Assembly (NCBI GenBank): GCA_964016885.1
Contig: OZ024742.1
Location: 239,506,001-239,570,000, forward strand
DNA length: 64,000 nt
Origin: Eledone cirrhosa
Lineage: Eukaryota
Direction of reading: 5' to 3'
Shown here: piece by piece, positions 1 through 14,480 of the stretch
Layout: every line of letters begins with the position of its first letter
How positions within the stretch are numbered: position 1 is the stretch's first letter
Notes under the pieces: generated by a model
Seen by the model: the letters and a program-made list of their open reading frames with translations, nothing else
Database searches by the model: none
What the model was told of the DNA's origin: nothing
Position numbers and translations under genes: made by a program

Positions 1-59
1 ATGATTTTCTTTTATAGAACCAGAGCCAGTTTGGGTCGGGTAGGTATCAAAAGGGTTAA
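1..59 (-). mobile_element. End of a piggyBac-like TTAA MITE (same family as 45206-45447)
   Basis: Ends AAAGGG-TTAA. Bases 15-59 resemble the reverse complement of 45206-45250 (ccttttgatacc...ctggttcta). Confidence 0.6.
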
Positions 60-579
60 TTGATTAAGTAAAAATGCTATATATAAGTGAATTTGCATTA
101 TGTAGCATTTAAACTTTGTGTATTTATGTTTGGTTTAAAATCAAAATCAGGATCTTTAGAAGAAGGGGTCCCCATTCAAATTCACTATATCTAAACCATC
201 ATTTTCCAGGGTTAACATTCTTAATACCTCAAACATGTTAATTATGAGGTAAATCTCAAGCTTTAGGTAACATAACAAATAGTGGAATCCTTGTATTCAT
301 TTTGATTACCTCCCCCTTCCATGCAACTTGATCTATATACATTGGTCCTTCAAATAAGCAGTTTAATCCTGTATTATACTATAGGCTTACATTAGCTTAA
401 TCCAACCATGCACACAGTCATATCTGAGCTTCTCTCATTTTCAATAGCATTTACCATATATATTTATATATAAGCCGAGAAATATATGATCAAAAAGTCA
501 AGGTTAAAATGGGGGTTGGCATATACTTAAGGTCTATATTTTGTCAATTTTCACTAACTTCAAATTATATACAAATAAT

Positions 580-766
580 TGTTTCTACTTTAGGCACAAG
601 GCCAACACATACCCAGTTCATTACTGGTACTTTATTTTATCGACCCCATAGGGATGAAAGGCAAAGTCAACCTCGGCGGGATTTGAACTCAGATCGTAAA
701 GGGACGTAACTATGCTGGAAAGCATGGCGTCCGACCCTCTACCGATACTGCCAATCCACCACCCTT
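580..766 (-). mobile_element. tRNA-derived SINE family A (Meta-domain-like body), full copy with TSD
   Basis: Minus strand has A-box TGGCAGTATCGG, B-box GAGTTCAAATCC and body ctttgcctttcatcc..ggggtcgataaaataaagtaccag. 18-bp TSD aaattatatacaaataat at 562-579 and 767-784. Confidence 0.85.
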
Positions 767-920
767 AAATTATATACAAATAATGTGCTAAAATATCTGG
801 AGTGATTATTTCACGATGAAACATTGTTTTTCTACATTTACTACACTGTCAAGAATATTATTTATGCATTCCTTTGAGAACATCCCCAACAAATGTTTAC
901 AATTTGAACTTTTTAATACG

Positions 921-1650
921 ACCTGGGCATTACTGTCAGCAGCGATTTGCGTTGGACGAAGCACGTCTCTAAAATTGTCAAGAAGGCCGAGGGTGTCTTA
1001 GCATCACTCAGCAAGACCTTTGTCAGCCGCTCTCCAGCTATCTACTTAAAGCTGTATATAGCTATGGTGAGGCCACACTCAGAATTTGCATCACCAGTCT
1101 GGAACCCCTATCTTGCTCAGAGCATTGATTGCCTGGAAACTGTTCAGAGACGTGCAACCAAGCGAGTACCCTCCATCAGGCATCTACCATACTCTGAACG
1201 CCTTACTTCCCTGGGCATGGATACATTGAAGCTCTGACGCCTGGCAACTGACTTGGTAAACACCCACAAAATTATTAACCATCTTGCCAACAACAACCCT
1301 GAGTACCTTTTTTGATTTCCATGTGTCTAACACACATGGGCATACCTACAAAGTCAGAAAACAACGCAGCCCCCATGACTTTCGGAAACATTTTTTCACA
1401 CTCAGAGTTGCTGAAGCATGGAACAAACTCCTTGCATCAGTTGTTAGCTGTCGAGACACTGCATCCTTTAAAACTTCCATGCTTCCTGAGATTCGCCAAC
1501 ACTACACCTAATATTCCCCCTCCATACACACGCACACATGTATATCATGACTTATACACTGTTCACTTCCATGACATTTGTATATTATTCTATGTACTAT
1601 ACATGCACCTTTTATGAGTTGTGCACAATAATTTCCATATTATAATTATT
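921..1650 (+). mobile_element. 5'-truncated CR1-group LINE, same family as 30630-34950
   Basis: ORFs 947-1237 and 1284-1511 (FASPVWNPY, LETVQRRATKR, FRKHFFTLRVAEAWNKL) closely match the reverse complement of 30770-31370. Confidence 0.9.
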
Positions 1651-2160
1651 ATATAAATATCCCCTACACATACACACATACATGCACGCACACACACACA
1701 CAAACATACACACATGCAAACACAATATCTGATATCATTCTAAAATATTTGTTGTAAATAATAGAACTTTGAAAATCTGTGGAGATATCATCACCAGTTC
1801 TATTAGGTACCAATATGACTTGAAAAAAAATCTCAATAACTTGATTTTATTTTACATACATATAGATAATCAGGAGCAGAACAGAAAGAAAACCATAAAG
1901 ATGTCACCATATTTATATAAATATGGCGACATACTAGATACTAGAGATAGAGTTCTATACCTTAACCTATGGTTCGCATAACCCCAGTGAGAAATTTCTA
2001 CATTAGAGTGTCTTCTTTGTTACTGGGTTCTAATCTCTTTAGGCTTCACTTTGCGCTACATCCTTTTAAGATTGATTAAATAAGAACAATATTCCAAGGT
2101 TGACTCTGTTATCTTCTTTTAGCTAATAGTACAAACCTATACTCTCACATTCTGAATATT

Positions 2161-2295
2161 ATTTCTCTCTCTCTCTCTCTCCCATTCTTCTCTTCTCTTC
2201 TTTTCCCCCTCTCTCCCACTCTTCTCCTCCTCTCTCTTTTCCTCTCTCTCTCCCATTCTTCTCCTCTCTCTCTCTTCTGCCTCCTTCTCTCTCTG
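2161..2295. repeat. (CT)n-rich microsatellite
   Basis: Degenerate ctct/cttct run. Confidence 0.9.
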
Positions 2296-3030
2296 TCTAG
2301 TACTGCATTTACTAGAAAAGGAATGAATTTTATAATTTTCTACTCTAAATCATCTACTTATTTGACATTCATGTTATGTTTTTCATTGACTGCAGAGTCA
2401 AAGTGAGATTTTGACTGACACTAACTTTACAATTTGTAAACCCTTTACTTTTCTTATTCAATTCCATTGAGACTACCAGAGTCACTCATCTCTTTTTGCT
2501 TCTTCCAGTAGAAAATGTTTCTCTTTAAATTTTAGGTATTCATTTGGCTATCGTAGTGCTACTGACAAAACCTTTAAGATGACTGTACTGAATTCAGCTA
2601 CAGAGCCTTTTCAATATTCACCAGTCATTTTGTACGCAGAGAAAACACCATTCATCAATTTAACTGATGGTAATTATAATCTTTAACAAATCTTTGTAAG
2701 AAGAATTAATGAAAATGTGTGTGTGTGCTGCATGTTTGTTTGTGTAAGCATGTGTATGTGAGTGTGTGTTTGTGTATGTGTGTGCATGTGCATGTGCGTG
2801 TGTGTGTGAGTGCATGTGTCTATGCTTTTTTGATGCTGTCTTTGCAACAATATCTGATATCATTCTAAAATATACACTGTTATCAATCATAGAGCTTTGA
2901 AGATCTGTGGAGATAGTATGATGAAATTAAATACAATAGATCAGGGTTTTTTAATCTTTATGATTCACCCACCCCCTCCAGGCCTACCTGTACCTCCCTC
3001 ACTAGACTATCATCATCATCATCATCATCA

Positions 3031-3946
3031 TATACAAATGGGCAGAAGACAACAACATGCAGTTTAATGCTGGAAAATTTAAAGCCCTACAATACAAACC
3101 TGCGAACACAAATACAGTACAATACAGTTACACTGGACCAGGAGGGACCAAAATTCCTGTGTCGAAATCAATACGAGACCTGGGAATAGACATAAGTGAT
3201 GATGCATCTTTTTCCTTATACATCATGAAAGTGGCGACAATGTGCAGACGACTTGCTGGCTGGATCTTGAGGACTTTCCAGACAAGAGATGGAGAGACCA
3301 TGTTGACACATTGGAGGACATTTGTCCTAAGCCGCCTGGACTATTGCTCCTAGCTGTGGTCACCCCATAGTGTCAAACTAACCACAGAGCTTGAGGCAAT
3401 CCAACGATGCTACACCAAGAGGATTGCGACGATGAAGGAGATAAGCTACTGGGAGAGGCTAAAAGAACTAAATCTCTACTCCTTGGAATGAAGACGGGAG
3501 AGATACGCAGTGATATACATGTGGAAAATCCTGGAGGGACTAGCACCAAACTTTGGCATTGGGAGCTGGACCAACCCCCGAACAGGATGTCACTGTGTGG
3601 TGCCAAAGGTCTCGTCTTCCACATCTAGAATAAGGAGCAGATATTGCAATAGCCTGGGGTTTAAGGGCCCTCAACTCTTCAACAAGCTGCCGAGGGATCT
3701 GAAAGATATGCATGGTGTGGATGTGGATGTTTTCAAGAAACATCTCGACACCCTGCTATCCAGGATCCCAGATGAGCCCACATCAAGGCCCGAGGGAAAC
3801 CTAAGGGCAGCAGCATTGAACTTCCTCTTGCATCAGTGGCCAACCAATACAGGCTGGAGATAAAATGTGTAGCAGCAAGGGTGGTGCCCCAGCATGGCCT
3901 CAGCCAGATGGCTGGAACAGATAAAAGAGTAAAAGAGTAAAAGAGT
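3031..3946 (+). mobile_element. 5'-truncated CR1/L2-group LINE 3' end, decayed
   Basis: RT C-terminal peptides MQFNAGKFKAL, IRDLGI, LSRLDYCS, GPQLFNKLP, FKKHLDTLLSRIPDEP. Ends in an (AAAAGAGT)3 tail. Confidence 0.85.
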
Positions 3947-3957
3947 ATATATATTAT

Positions 3958-4378
3958 ATATCATCATCATCACTGTTTTACGTCCGTTCTTCCACGCTAG
4001 CATGGATTAGACGGGTTGTCCTGTTGTGGGCAGTGTCCGGTCGGTTGACTATGCCTTGCTCATACGGGAACTGATTCTGGCTTGATTTCTACAGCTGGAT
4101 GCCCTTCCTAACACCAACCTCATCTACAGTGAGTGCTGGGTGCTTTTTTTCCATGGCACCTACACGTCCACTTTACAGTGTGGGCTGGGTGCTTTTTTGC
4201 CATGGCACGTCCACGACCACTTTGCCGTGGAATGATAGGGACCCCAGTCCTATTATCTCATTTCTACAGCTGAGTAAACTGGAGCAATGTGAAATAAAGA
4301 AGTGTCTTGCTCAAGGAAACAACACATCACCTGGTCCGAGAATTGAACTCACAACTATTCGATTGCAAGCCAAATGCT
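3958..4378 (-). mobile_element. CORE-type tRNA SINE (family B, long-tail variant)
   Basis: tRNA-like head, CORE-like ccttgagcaagacact..cacattgctccagtttactcagctgtagaaatgag, GGAAGGGCATCC motif and (TGA)n tail. Confidence 0.85.
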
Positions 4379-4531
4379 ATATATTATATATATATATATA
4401 TATATGTTATCAAGGGAGTGTAAACACAGAAAATATCTTAAAAAATAATAAATAAGTTCCAAAAAATTCACTGTACTTATTATATGTGCCCTTACTGCGG
4501 TTTCATATTATATATATATATATATATATAA

Positions 4532-7410
4532 TCATCATCATCATCATTTTACGTCCGCTTGTCCCTGCTTGCTGTCCCACTACATCGCTTGTGTGCCCAA
4601 GATCTGCATTGCGTACATTTTATGGAATTTATGCCAGTTCCTTACCTACATATCGAACATGGCCAATTCCCTGATAGAATCAGAGTATTGTCCTCTCTTC
4701 TACTTATCAACACTTTTGTTTTAGCTAGGTTCACTCTCAGGCTTCTTGATTCCAACTGCTGTTTCCATGGCCAGAATTTATTCTCTAGCTCCTCTACTGA
4801 TTCTGCTATAAGAACAAGATCATCAGCATAGAGAAGTTCCCATGGGCATCCAGTCTTAAACTCCTCTGTTATGGCTTGGAGGACTATAATTAACAAACGC
4901 GGGCTGAGGACCGAACCTTGATGTACACCTACTTGTATCTGGAATTCCTCACTAAACTCCATTCCTATTCTCACTTTACTGACAGCACCCTGTACATAGC
5001 TTGCACTGTCCTCACAAGCCATTCCTCTATATCTAGTTTCCTTAGGGACCACCAGATGACAGATGGGGGTAGCCTATCAAAGGCCTTCTCTAGGTAAACA
5101 AAGGCTAAGTATAGTGGCTTATTCTTCTCTAAGAACCTCTCTTGTAGTTGCTTCACTAAGAAGAGGGCATCTGTTGTACTTTTCCGAGGCACAAAACCAA
5201 ACTGCAGTTTGGTTTGTCCCTTTCTCTAATCAGTTGCGCTAATATTCTCTCTGCCACCTTCATAACCTGATCCATCAGCTTTATGCCCCTATAATTGCTC
5301 CTCTCTAGATCATTCCCTTTACCTTTGTAGCAATTTATGAGAAAACTGCTGCACCAGTCTTTGGGTATGACACCACCATATATAGCTCAATAGCTGGTCC
5401 CTCTGTCGGGTCTACTGGGGGTAATTCTTCTCTGTCCCATTCGTTCTCTACATTCATCAGTCTCTCATAATGACATTTCCAGGCCTCCTTCTTTTGATCA
5501 TTCATGACACTAAGTACACCGGCATCATTCCGGACACACTTATCTCCAACAACATCCTGATTTGCACTGACACACTGCCTTGCAATGCGGAACACTGCAC
5601 GTCTCTGATCTTCCCATCGCAGAACATTGGCAAACCTCCTACTCTCAGCCTCCCTGCGTGCTAAGTACACCTGACGTCTAGCTTCTCTCTTAGCAGCTGT
5701 GTATCCGTCTCTACTCCCACCACTTTTCCAAGCTTTCCATGCCAGTCTTTTGTCTCTAATGGCCCTATCTACTGTGCTGTTCCACCACCAGGTCACTCTC
5801 TATCTGGCTGAAGCTCTGCTCCAAAAGTTTCTTCAGTAGCCTGCAGTAAGTTGTCACACAAGAAATTCCAGTTATCATCTATGTCATACAACTCTAAATC
5901 GTCTTCTTTTTCGTCATACACATCTTGAAGGGCTTTGCTAAATTTATATTTTAATGAAAGGTCTTTTAGCTTCCAGACCTTTCTTTTCCACACCTTCCTG
6001 TATGTCTCATTCTTTCTCTTGCTTACTGAGATGTCACTAACGACTAACCTATGTTGTGGGGTACATTCTTCCCTTAGTATTTGACACCATCCGTCTGTCT
6101 CGCTGTCTAACTAGCAGGAAGTCGATCTGGCTTATGTACTCCCCTGATTTGTAGGCTATCAGGTGGTTGGTAGGCTTCTGAAAGTTAGTGTTGCAAATGG
6201 TTAGTGCATTTGCATCACAAAGTTCAAGAAGCCTCACTCCTTCTTCATTTCTTGAGCCGTAACCGTGCCCACCATGTACTCCAGTGTATCCATCCTGGAG
6301 CTGTCCAACATGTCCATTGAAGTCCTCTGCTAGCATAACGATGTCTCTGTCCTCTGTCATTGAGGTTGTCTGTAAAAGTTGCTTGTAAAAGCCATCTTTC
6401 TCTTCTTTACCTAGGCTTGCCTAGCGAGCATAGGCAGAGATGATTATCAGTAGTCTCTTGTCTACAACTAATCTAAGCTTAATTATTCTATTACTAACTC
6501 TAACTACCTCTATTGTCTTATTGATCCATCTCTCAGCCAGTAATATGCCCACCCCACTTAACCGATCATCATTACCCACCCAGAAAAGCTTATAACTACA
6601 CTGTTTGACTATGATTAGTCTTGCAGAAGCACCTCTCCATCGTACCTCTTGCACACAGCACACATCCACATGCTTTCTCTCCAGCATCTCTACAATCTCA
6701 CCAGATCTACCCGTTAGAGTGCCAACAATAAGTGTGGCAACTCTGAGATGCGACATCCTGTTCTTTTTCCTGCTGTGCGATTGCTTGATGATGGTCGTGG
6801 GGTTGTCACACATGGCCACACTAGCCTCCCCACTACCGTGCGCAGCCTTAACATGGTTAGTGTTATTGCTGATTACGCAGTTGTTTTTGTGAGATTGCTT
6901 GATGACGGTCGGGGGGTTCTCGCACATAGCTGCACGAGCCACCCCACTACCGTGCGCAGCCCTAACATGGTTAGTGTTATTGCTGTTGACGCAGTTGCTG
7001 CAATTCTTATTTGTTGTGCTCATAATTTTGGCTTTTTATTATACTGGTTGGATGCCCTTCCACCAGCACCACTTTACAGCATGGACTAGGTGCTTTTATT
7101 CGTGCCACCAGCACTAGAGAGGTTGTCTTACTGGACTCAGGGGCCCTCTTTACCCTTCCACTTTACAGCATGGACTAAGTGCTTTTATTTGTGCCACCAG
7201 CACTAGAGAAGTCGTCTTACTGGACTCAGGGGTCCTATCCACCCCTCCATTTTACAGCATGGACTGGGTGTTTTTATTCATGCCATCAGCACTAGGGAAG
7301 TTGTCTTACTGGACTTAGGGGACTTCTCTACCCCACACCAATTTATTCGACGAATTGCCTACTTTACGGCTTATGGAGCCTCCATCCGCCCCTTGTCTGT
7401 TCTATTTTTT
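4532..7410 (-). mobile_element. RTE-clade LINE family A, 5'-complete, decayed, with 3' internal deletion
   Basis: APE endonuclease (VCCVQEVRW, DFNGHVG, SQIDFLLV) and RT (LEKAFDR, GVHQGSVLSP, YADD) across frameshifted ORFs 4642-7023. 89-bp tandem repeats in the 5' UTR; (TGA)n tail. Confidence 0.92.
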
Positions 7411-7427
7411 ATATATATATATATATT

Positions 7428-8458
7428 GGCCGGTGCTCTGGTGCAATAAGTAGCAGCAAGTGCTCACAAAATACTAGCTCTTTCAATTGCGCAGAGGGTT
7501 CTATAGAAATAGTGGACAGCTTCCGTTACCTGGGTGACAAAATCAGCAGTGGTGGGGGGTGCTCTGAAAGTACAGTAGCTAGAGTCAGAACAGGATGGAA
7601 AAAGTTCAGAGAGCTTATACTACTATTAGCCGCTAAAGGGTTCTCCCTAAAAATGAAAGGCAGGCTGTATGATGCCTGCATACAAAACAGCAATGTTGCA
7701 TGGCAGTGAGACCTGGGCATTGTGTGCAGAGGATATACACAGACTAGAGAGGAACGAAGCTTGCATGCTCCGCTGGATGTGTAATAGTAATATACGTGAA
7801 CGGCAAAGCATAAACGAACTAAGGGAAAAATTAGAAATAAGAGGGATCAGATGTTGTTTACTCGAGAGAAGGCTACGTTGGTATGGTCACGTGATGCGCA
7901 TGAAAGACGACAGCTGTATAAAAAAGTGCAGGGCAATAAAGATAGACGGTAGCCACGAAGTAGGCAGACCCAGAAAAACCTGGGACAACCTGATAAATTC
8001 CGACCTCACACACTTACACCTCTCCAAGACAATGTCACTGGACCGAGATCTTTGGCGGTACTCAGTAATAGAGAAGACCCGCCTTACCTAAATACAAAGT
8101 AAAACCTACTACAGTCAGTAGGCATCTCTAACAAAATACACCCCGTCCCACCACCACCACCCCCACCCCATCCACACTGCCCCTTTCAATGTAAAGGTTA
8201 TGTTGGTGCCACAACATCAAGGCCAAAACAAATGAGATTGTGTAGGTGTCACGACAAAAAACACACAGACCACGCTGTAATGTGGCCGTGTAGGCAACAC
8301 GGTAAAAACCTCCCAGTCCCACACTGTAAATGTGGTTGGTGTTAGGAAGGGCATCCAGCTGTAGAAAACCCGCCAGATAGTCCTATGCAAGCAAGACAAC
8401 CACTCTTGCCTCAAGTGGGAAAACTCCCGTCCAAACCCATGCAAGCGTGGAACATGGG

Positions 8459-8497
<39 letters not shown>
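7428..8497 (+). mobile_element. RTE-clade LINE family B, 5'-truncated
   Basis: [34 protein letters not shown], then a ~370-bp 3' UTR and (GAT)n tail. Confidence 0.92.
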
Positions 8498-8498
<1 letters not shown>

Positions 8499-8504
8499 AT
8501 ATAT

Positions 8505-9775
<1,271 letters not shown>

Positions 9776-9788
9776 TATATATATATAT

Positions 9789-12121
9789 GACTTCTTACTA
9801 GTTAGGCAGCGGGGCAGATAGTGTCTAATACCAAGGCATACGCTGGGGAAGAATGTACCCCACAGCATAGGTTAGTCGTTAGTGGTATCTCAGTAAGCAA
9901 GAGATGGAATGAGACATACAGGAAGGTCTGGAAGCTAAAATACAAAGATGTATATGACGAAAAAGAAGACGATTTAGAGACGTATGACATAGATAATAAC
10001 TGGAATTTCTTACATGACAACTTGCTACTGATGAAACTTGTGGCTGGAGCAGAGCTCCAACCAGGCAGAGAGTGACCTGGTGGTGGAACAACACAGTAGA
10101 TAAGGCCATTAGAGACAAAAGACTAGCATGGAAGGCTTGGAAAAAGCGTAGGAGTAGGGAAGAATATACAGCCGCTAAGAGAAAAGCTAGACGTCAGGTG
10201 TACTTAGCACGCAGGGAGGCTGAGAGTAGGAAGTTTGCCAATGTTCTGCGATGGGAAGATCAGATGCGTGCGGTGTTCCACATTGCAAGGCAATGTGTCA
10301 ATGCAAATCAGTATGTTGTTGGAGATAAATGTGTCCGGGATGATGCCAGTGTACTTAGTGTCACGAATGATCAGAAAAAGGAGGCCTGGAAATGTCATTA
10401 TGAGAGACTGATGAATGTGGAGAACGATTGGGAGAGAGAGAAATTACCCTTAGTAGATCCGACAGAGGGACCAGCTATTGAGATTGACGAATATAGGGTC
10501 CAAGAGGCGATTAAGGAAATGAAAAATGGTAAGGCTGCTGGACCATCGGGAATAGTTGCTGAGATGCTGAAGGACATAGGCACTAAACTGGTTGCACGCA
10601 TCATCAATCAGTCTATATATGGTGGAGTAGTATTCTCATAAATTGCTACAAAGGTAAAGGGGATGCTCTGGAGAGGAGCAATTATAGGGGTATAAAACTG
10701 ATGGATCAGGTTATGAAAGTGGCAGAAAGGATATTAGCACAACTAATTAGAGAAAGGGTCAAACTTGATGAGATGCAGTTTGGTTTTGTGCCTGGGAAGA
10801 GTACAACAGATGCCCTTTTCTTGGTGAGACAATTGCAAGAGAGGTTCTTAGAGAAAAATAAGCCACTATACTTAGCCTTTGTTGACCCAGAGAAGGCCTT
10901 TGATAGGGGACCCCGATCTGTCATCTGGTGGTTCCTAAGGAATCTAGGTGTTGAGGAATGGCTTGTGAGGACAGTGCAAACTTTGTACAGAGGTACTCTC
11001 AGTAAAGTCAGGGTAGGAATGGAATTTAGTGAGGAATTCCAGATACAAGTAGGAGTACATCAGGGTTCAGTCCTCAGCCCGCTCTTGTTCATTATAGTCC
11101 TCCAAGCCATAACAGAGGAATTTAAGACTGGCTGTCCATGGGAACTTCTCTATGCTGACGATCTGGTTCTTATAGCAGAATCAGTAGAGGAGCTAGAGAA
11201 TAAATTCTGGCTATGGAAATAGCAGTTGGAAGCAAGAGGACTGAGAGTGAACCTAGCTAAGACAAAAGTGTTGATGAGTAGAAAAGAGGACAAAACTCTG
11301 ATTCCGTCAGGGAAATGGCCATGTTCGATATGCAGGAAAGGAAATGGCATAAATTCTATAAAATGCACACAATGCAGATCCTGGGTACACAAGAGATGTA
11401 GCGGGATAGCAGGCAAACCATCAGGTAGGGAGAAATATGTATGCAGTAGATGTACAGGGAAATTAGACAGTAGAAGTTGCATTGATAGACACTATAGAAG
11501 TGGTGGATAGCTTCCGGTACCTAGGAGATCAGATTAGCATGGGAGGAGGGTGTTCCAAGGCCATAGTATCTAGAATAAGGACGGGTTGGAAGAAGTTTAG
11601 GGAACTGCTTCCTCTGCTGACGAAGAAGGGTTTCTCCCTGCGTACGAAAGGCCGGTTGTATGATGCCTGTGTGAGGAGCGCGATGCTGCATGGTAGTGAG
11701 ACATGGGCAGCAACTGCAGAGGATATGCGACGGCTGGAAATGAGGCAAGCATGTTCCGTTGGATGTGCAGTTTAAATGTGGGTGAACGACCCAGCATGAA
11801 TGTGTTGAGAAAGAAACTGTGAGAGGGATAGAATGTAGTGTACGGGAGAGGAGACTGAGGTGGTATGGACATGTGATGCGCATGGAGGATGACCGATGGG
11901 TGAAGAAGTGCCAGGAAATGCCAGTTGAAGGAAAACGTGGTAGAGGTAGACCACGTAAAACATGGGCGGAGGTGGTGAGAACAGACCTGAGATTGTTAAA
12001 GTTCACGGTGGAGATGACGAAAGACCATGACGAGTGGAGAGATGCTGTGCTGAATAAGATCTGTCCCACCCTTGCAAGCAGGGAAAAGCGGACGTAAAAT
12101 GATGATGATGATGATGATGAT
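9789..12121 (+). mobile_element. RTE family A, 5'-truncated, decayed
   Basis: RT motifs KAAGPSG, NYRGIKL, QFGFVPGKSTTDA, YADD; Cys-rich finger; [11 protein letters not shown]; (GAT)n tail right after the stop. Confidence 0.93.
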
Positions 12122-12126
12122 ATATA

Positions 12127-13931
12127 TCATCATCATCATCATCATCGTTTAACGTCCCTGTTCCACGCTTGCATGGGTTTGGACGGGGGTTTTCCCACTT
12201 GAGGCATGAGTGGTTGTCTTGCTCGCATAGGACTGTCTGGCGGGTTTTCTACAGCTGGATGCCCTTCCTAACACCAACCACATTTACAGTGTGGGGCTGG
12301 GAGGTTTTTACCGTGTTGCCTACACGGCCACATTACAGCGTGGACTGTCTGGCGTGTTTTCTACAGCTGGATGCCCTTCCTAACACCAACCACATTTACA
12401 GTGTGGGACTGGGAGGTTTTTACCGTGTTGCCTACACGGTCACATTACAGCGTGGACTGTGTTTTTTTTGTCGTGACACCTACACTATCTCGTTTGTTTC
12501 GGCCTGGATGTTGTGGCACCAACATAACTTTGCATTGAAGGGGGCGGTGTGGATGGGGTGGACGGGGGAGTATTTTGTTAGAGAGGCCTACTGACTAGTA
12601 GGTTTTACTTTGTATTTAGGTAAGGTGTGTCTTCTCTGTTACTGAGTACCGCCAAAGGTCTCGGTCCAGTGACATTGTTTTGGAGAGGTGTAAGTGTATG
12701 AGGTCGGAATTTATTAGCTCGTCCCAGGTTTTCCTGGGTCTGCCTACTCCATGGCTACCATCTATCTTTATTGCCCTGCACTTTGTGATACAGCTGTCGT
12801 CTTTCATGCGCATCACTTGACCATACCAACGTAGCCTTCTCTCGAGTAAACAACATCTGATCCCTCTTATTTCTAATTTTTTCCTTAGTTCGTTTATGCT
12901 TTGCCGTTCACGTATATTACTATTACATATCCAGCGGAGCATGCAAGCTTCGTTCCTCTCTAGTCTGCGTATATCCTCTGCACACAATGCCCAGGTCTCA
13001 CTGCCATGCAACATTGCTGTTCGTATGCAGGCATCATACAACCTGCCTTTCATTTTTAGGGAGAACCCTTTAGCGGCTAATAGTGGTATAAGCTCTCTGA
13101 ACTTTTTCCATCCAGTTCTGACTCTAGCTACTGTACTTTCAGAGCACCCTCCTCCACTGCTGATTTTGTCACCCAGGTAACGGAAGCTGTCCACTATTTC
13201 TATAGAACCCTCTGCGCAATTGAAAGAGTTAGTGTTTTTTGGGCACTTGCTGCTACTTATTGCACCAGAGCACCGGCCACATGTAAAATCTGTGTTCTTA
13301 GTTAGCTTACCTGTGATCCCACTACATCTTTTATGCACCCATACTTTGCATTTGGGACATAAAATGGAGTTTCTACCTACTCCTTTCCTACACACTGACC
13401 ATGGCCATTTCCCAGATGGGCCGGTGCCCTATTTTCCTTCCTACAAACTAGAACTTTAGTCTTAGCCAGGTTAATTTTAAGGCCTTTTGATTCTTGGCCG
13501 TGCTTCCATGTTTGGAATTTCTTCTCTAGCTCGGCCATTGATTCAGCTATGAGCGTTAGATCATCTGCGTATAGGAGTTCCCATGGGCAGCCGGTCTTGA
13601 ACTCCTCTGTTATAGCCTGAAGGGCAATAATAAATAGTAGGGGGCTAAGAACAGAGCCCTGATGGACACCAACTTTTACGCTAAACTCTTCACTATATTC
13701 GTTGTTAATTCTAACCTTGCTGACTGTTTCTTTATACATGGCTTGTATGGCTCTCACAAGCCATTCGTCAACACCTAGTTTTCTAAGAGCCCACCAGATA
13801 ATGGAACGGGGGACTCTGTCAAAGGCTTTCTCCAAGTCGACAAAAGCTAAGTATAGGGGTTTACTTTTAGCTAGATACTTCTCCTGTAGTTGTCGTACAA
13901 TGAAAAGAGCGTCTGTGGTACTTTTGCCTGA
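12127..13931 (-). mobile_element. RTE family B, 5'-truncated
   Basis: ORFs 13377-13934 (DLEKAFDRVPR, YADD) and 12616-13395; internal duplication in the 3' UTR. Confidence 0.93.
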
Positions 13932-13963
13932 CATATATATGTTATATATATATATATATATGT

Positions 13964-13995
<32 letters not shown>

Positions 13996-14102
13996 ATATA
14001 TATATATATATATATGTTATATATATATATATATATATATGTTATATATATATATATATATGTTATATATATATATATATATGTTATATATATATATATA
14101 TG

Positions 14103-14194
<92 letters not shown>

Positions 14195-14199
14195 ATATA

Positions 14200-14430
14200 T
14201 TATACTTGGGGAGGGTCATATTTGTGTAATATTGCCAGAATTAATAACAGAACACACTCACTGTTTGGTTGGTTTTCGCTTTTCGCTTCTGTATCCTGTA
14301 ACCAAACAGTGAGTGTGTTCTGTTATTAATTCTGGCAATATTACACAAATATGACCCTCCCCAAGTATAACAATATTTGTTTCGACACACGATTTCATAT
14401 AAAAAACCTCGCAAAACTAATTCATCGCCG

Positions 14431-14432
<2 letters not shown>
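14200..14432 (+). mobile_element. Penelope-type terminal fragment with a 70-bp inverted repeat, inside (TA)n
   Basis: 14200-14270 is the reverse complement of 14300-14370. The tail resembles 49421-49500. Confidence 0.6.

Positions 14433-14475
<43 letters not shown>

Positions 14476-14480
<5 letters not shown>

Noticed and set aside
7335-7410. HDV-like ribozyme at the RTE-A 5' end
   Set aside because: Reported for some RTEs, but the nested pseudoknot could not be assigned by eye
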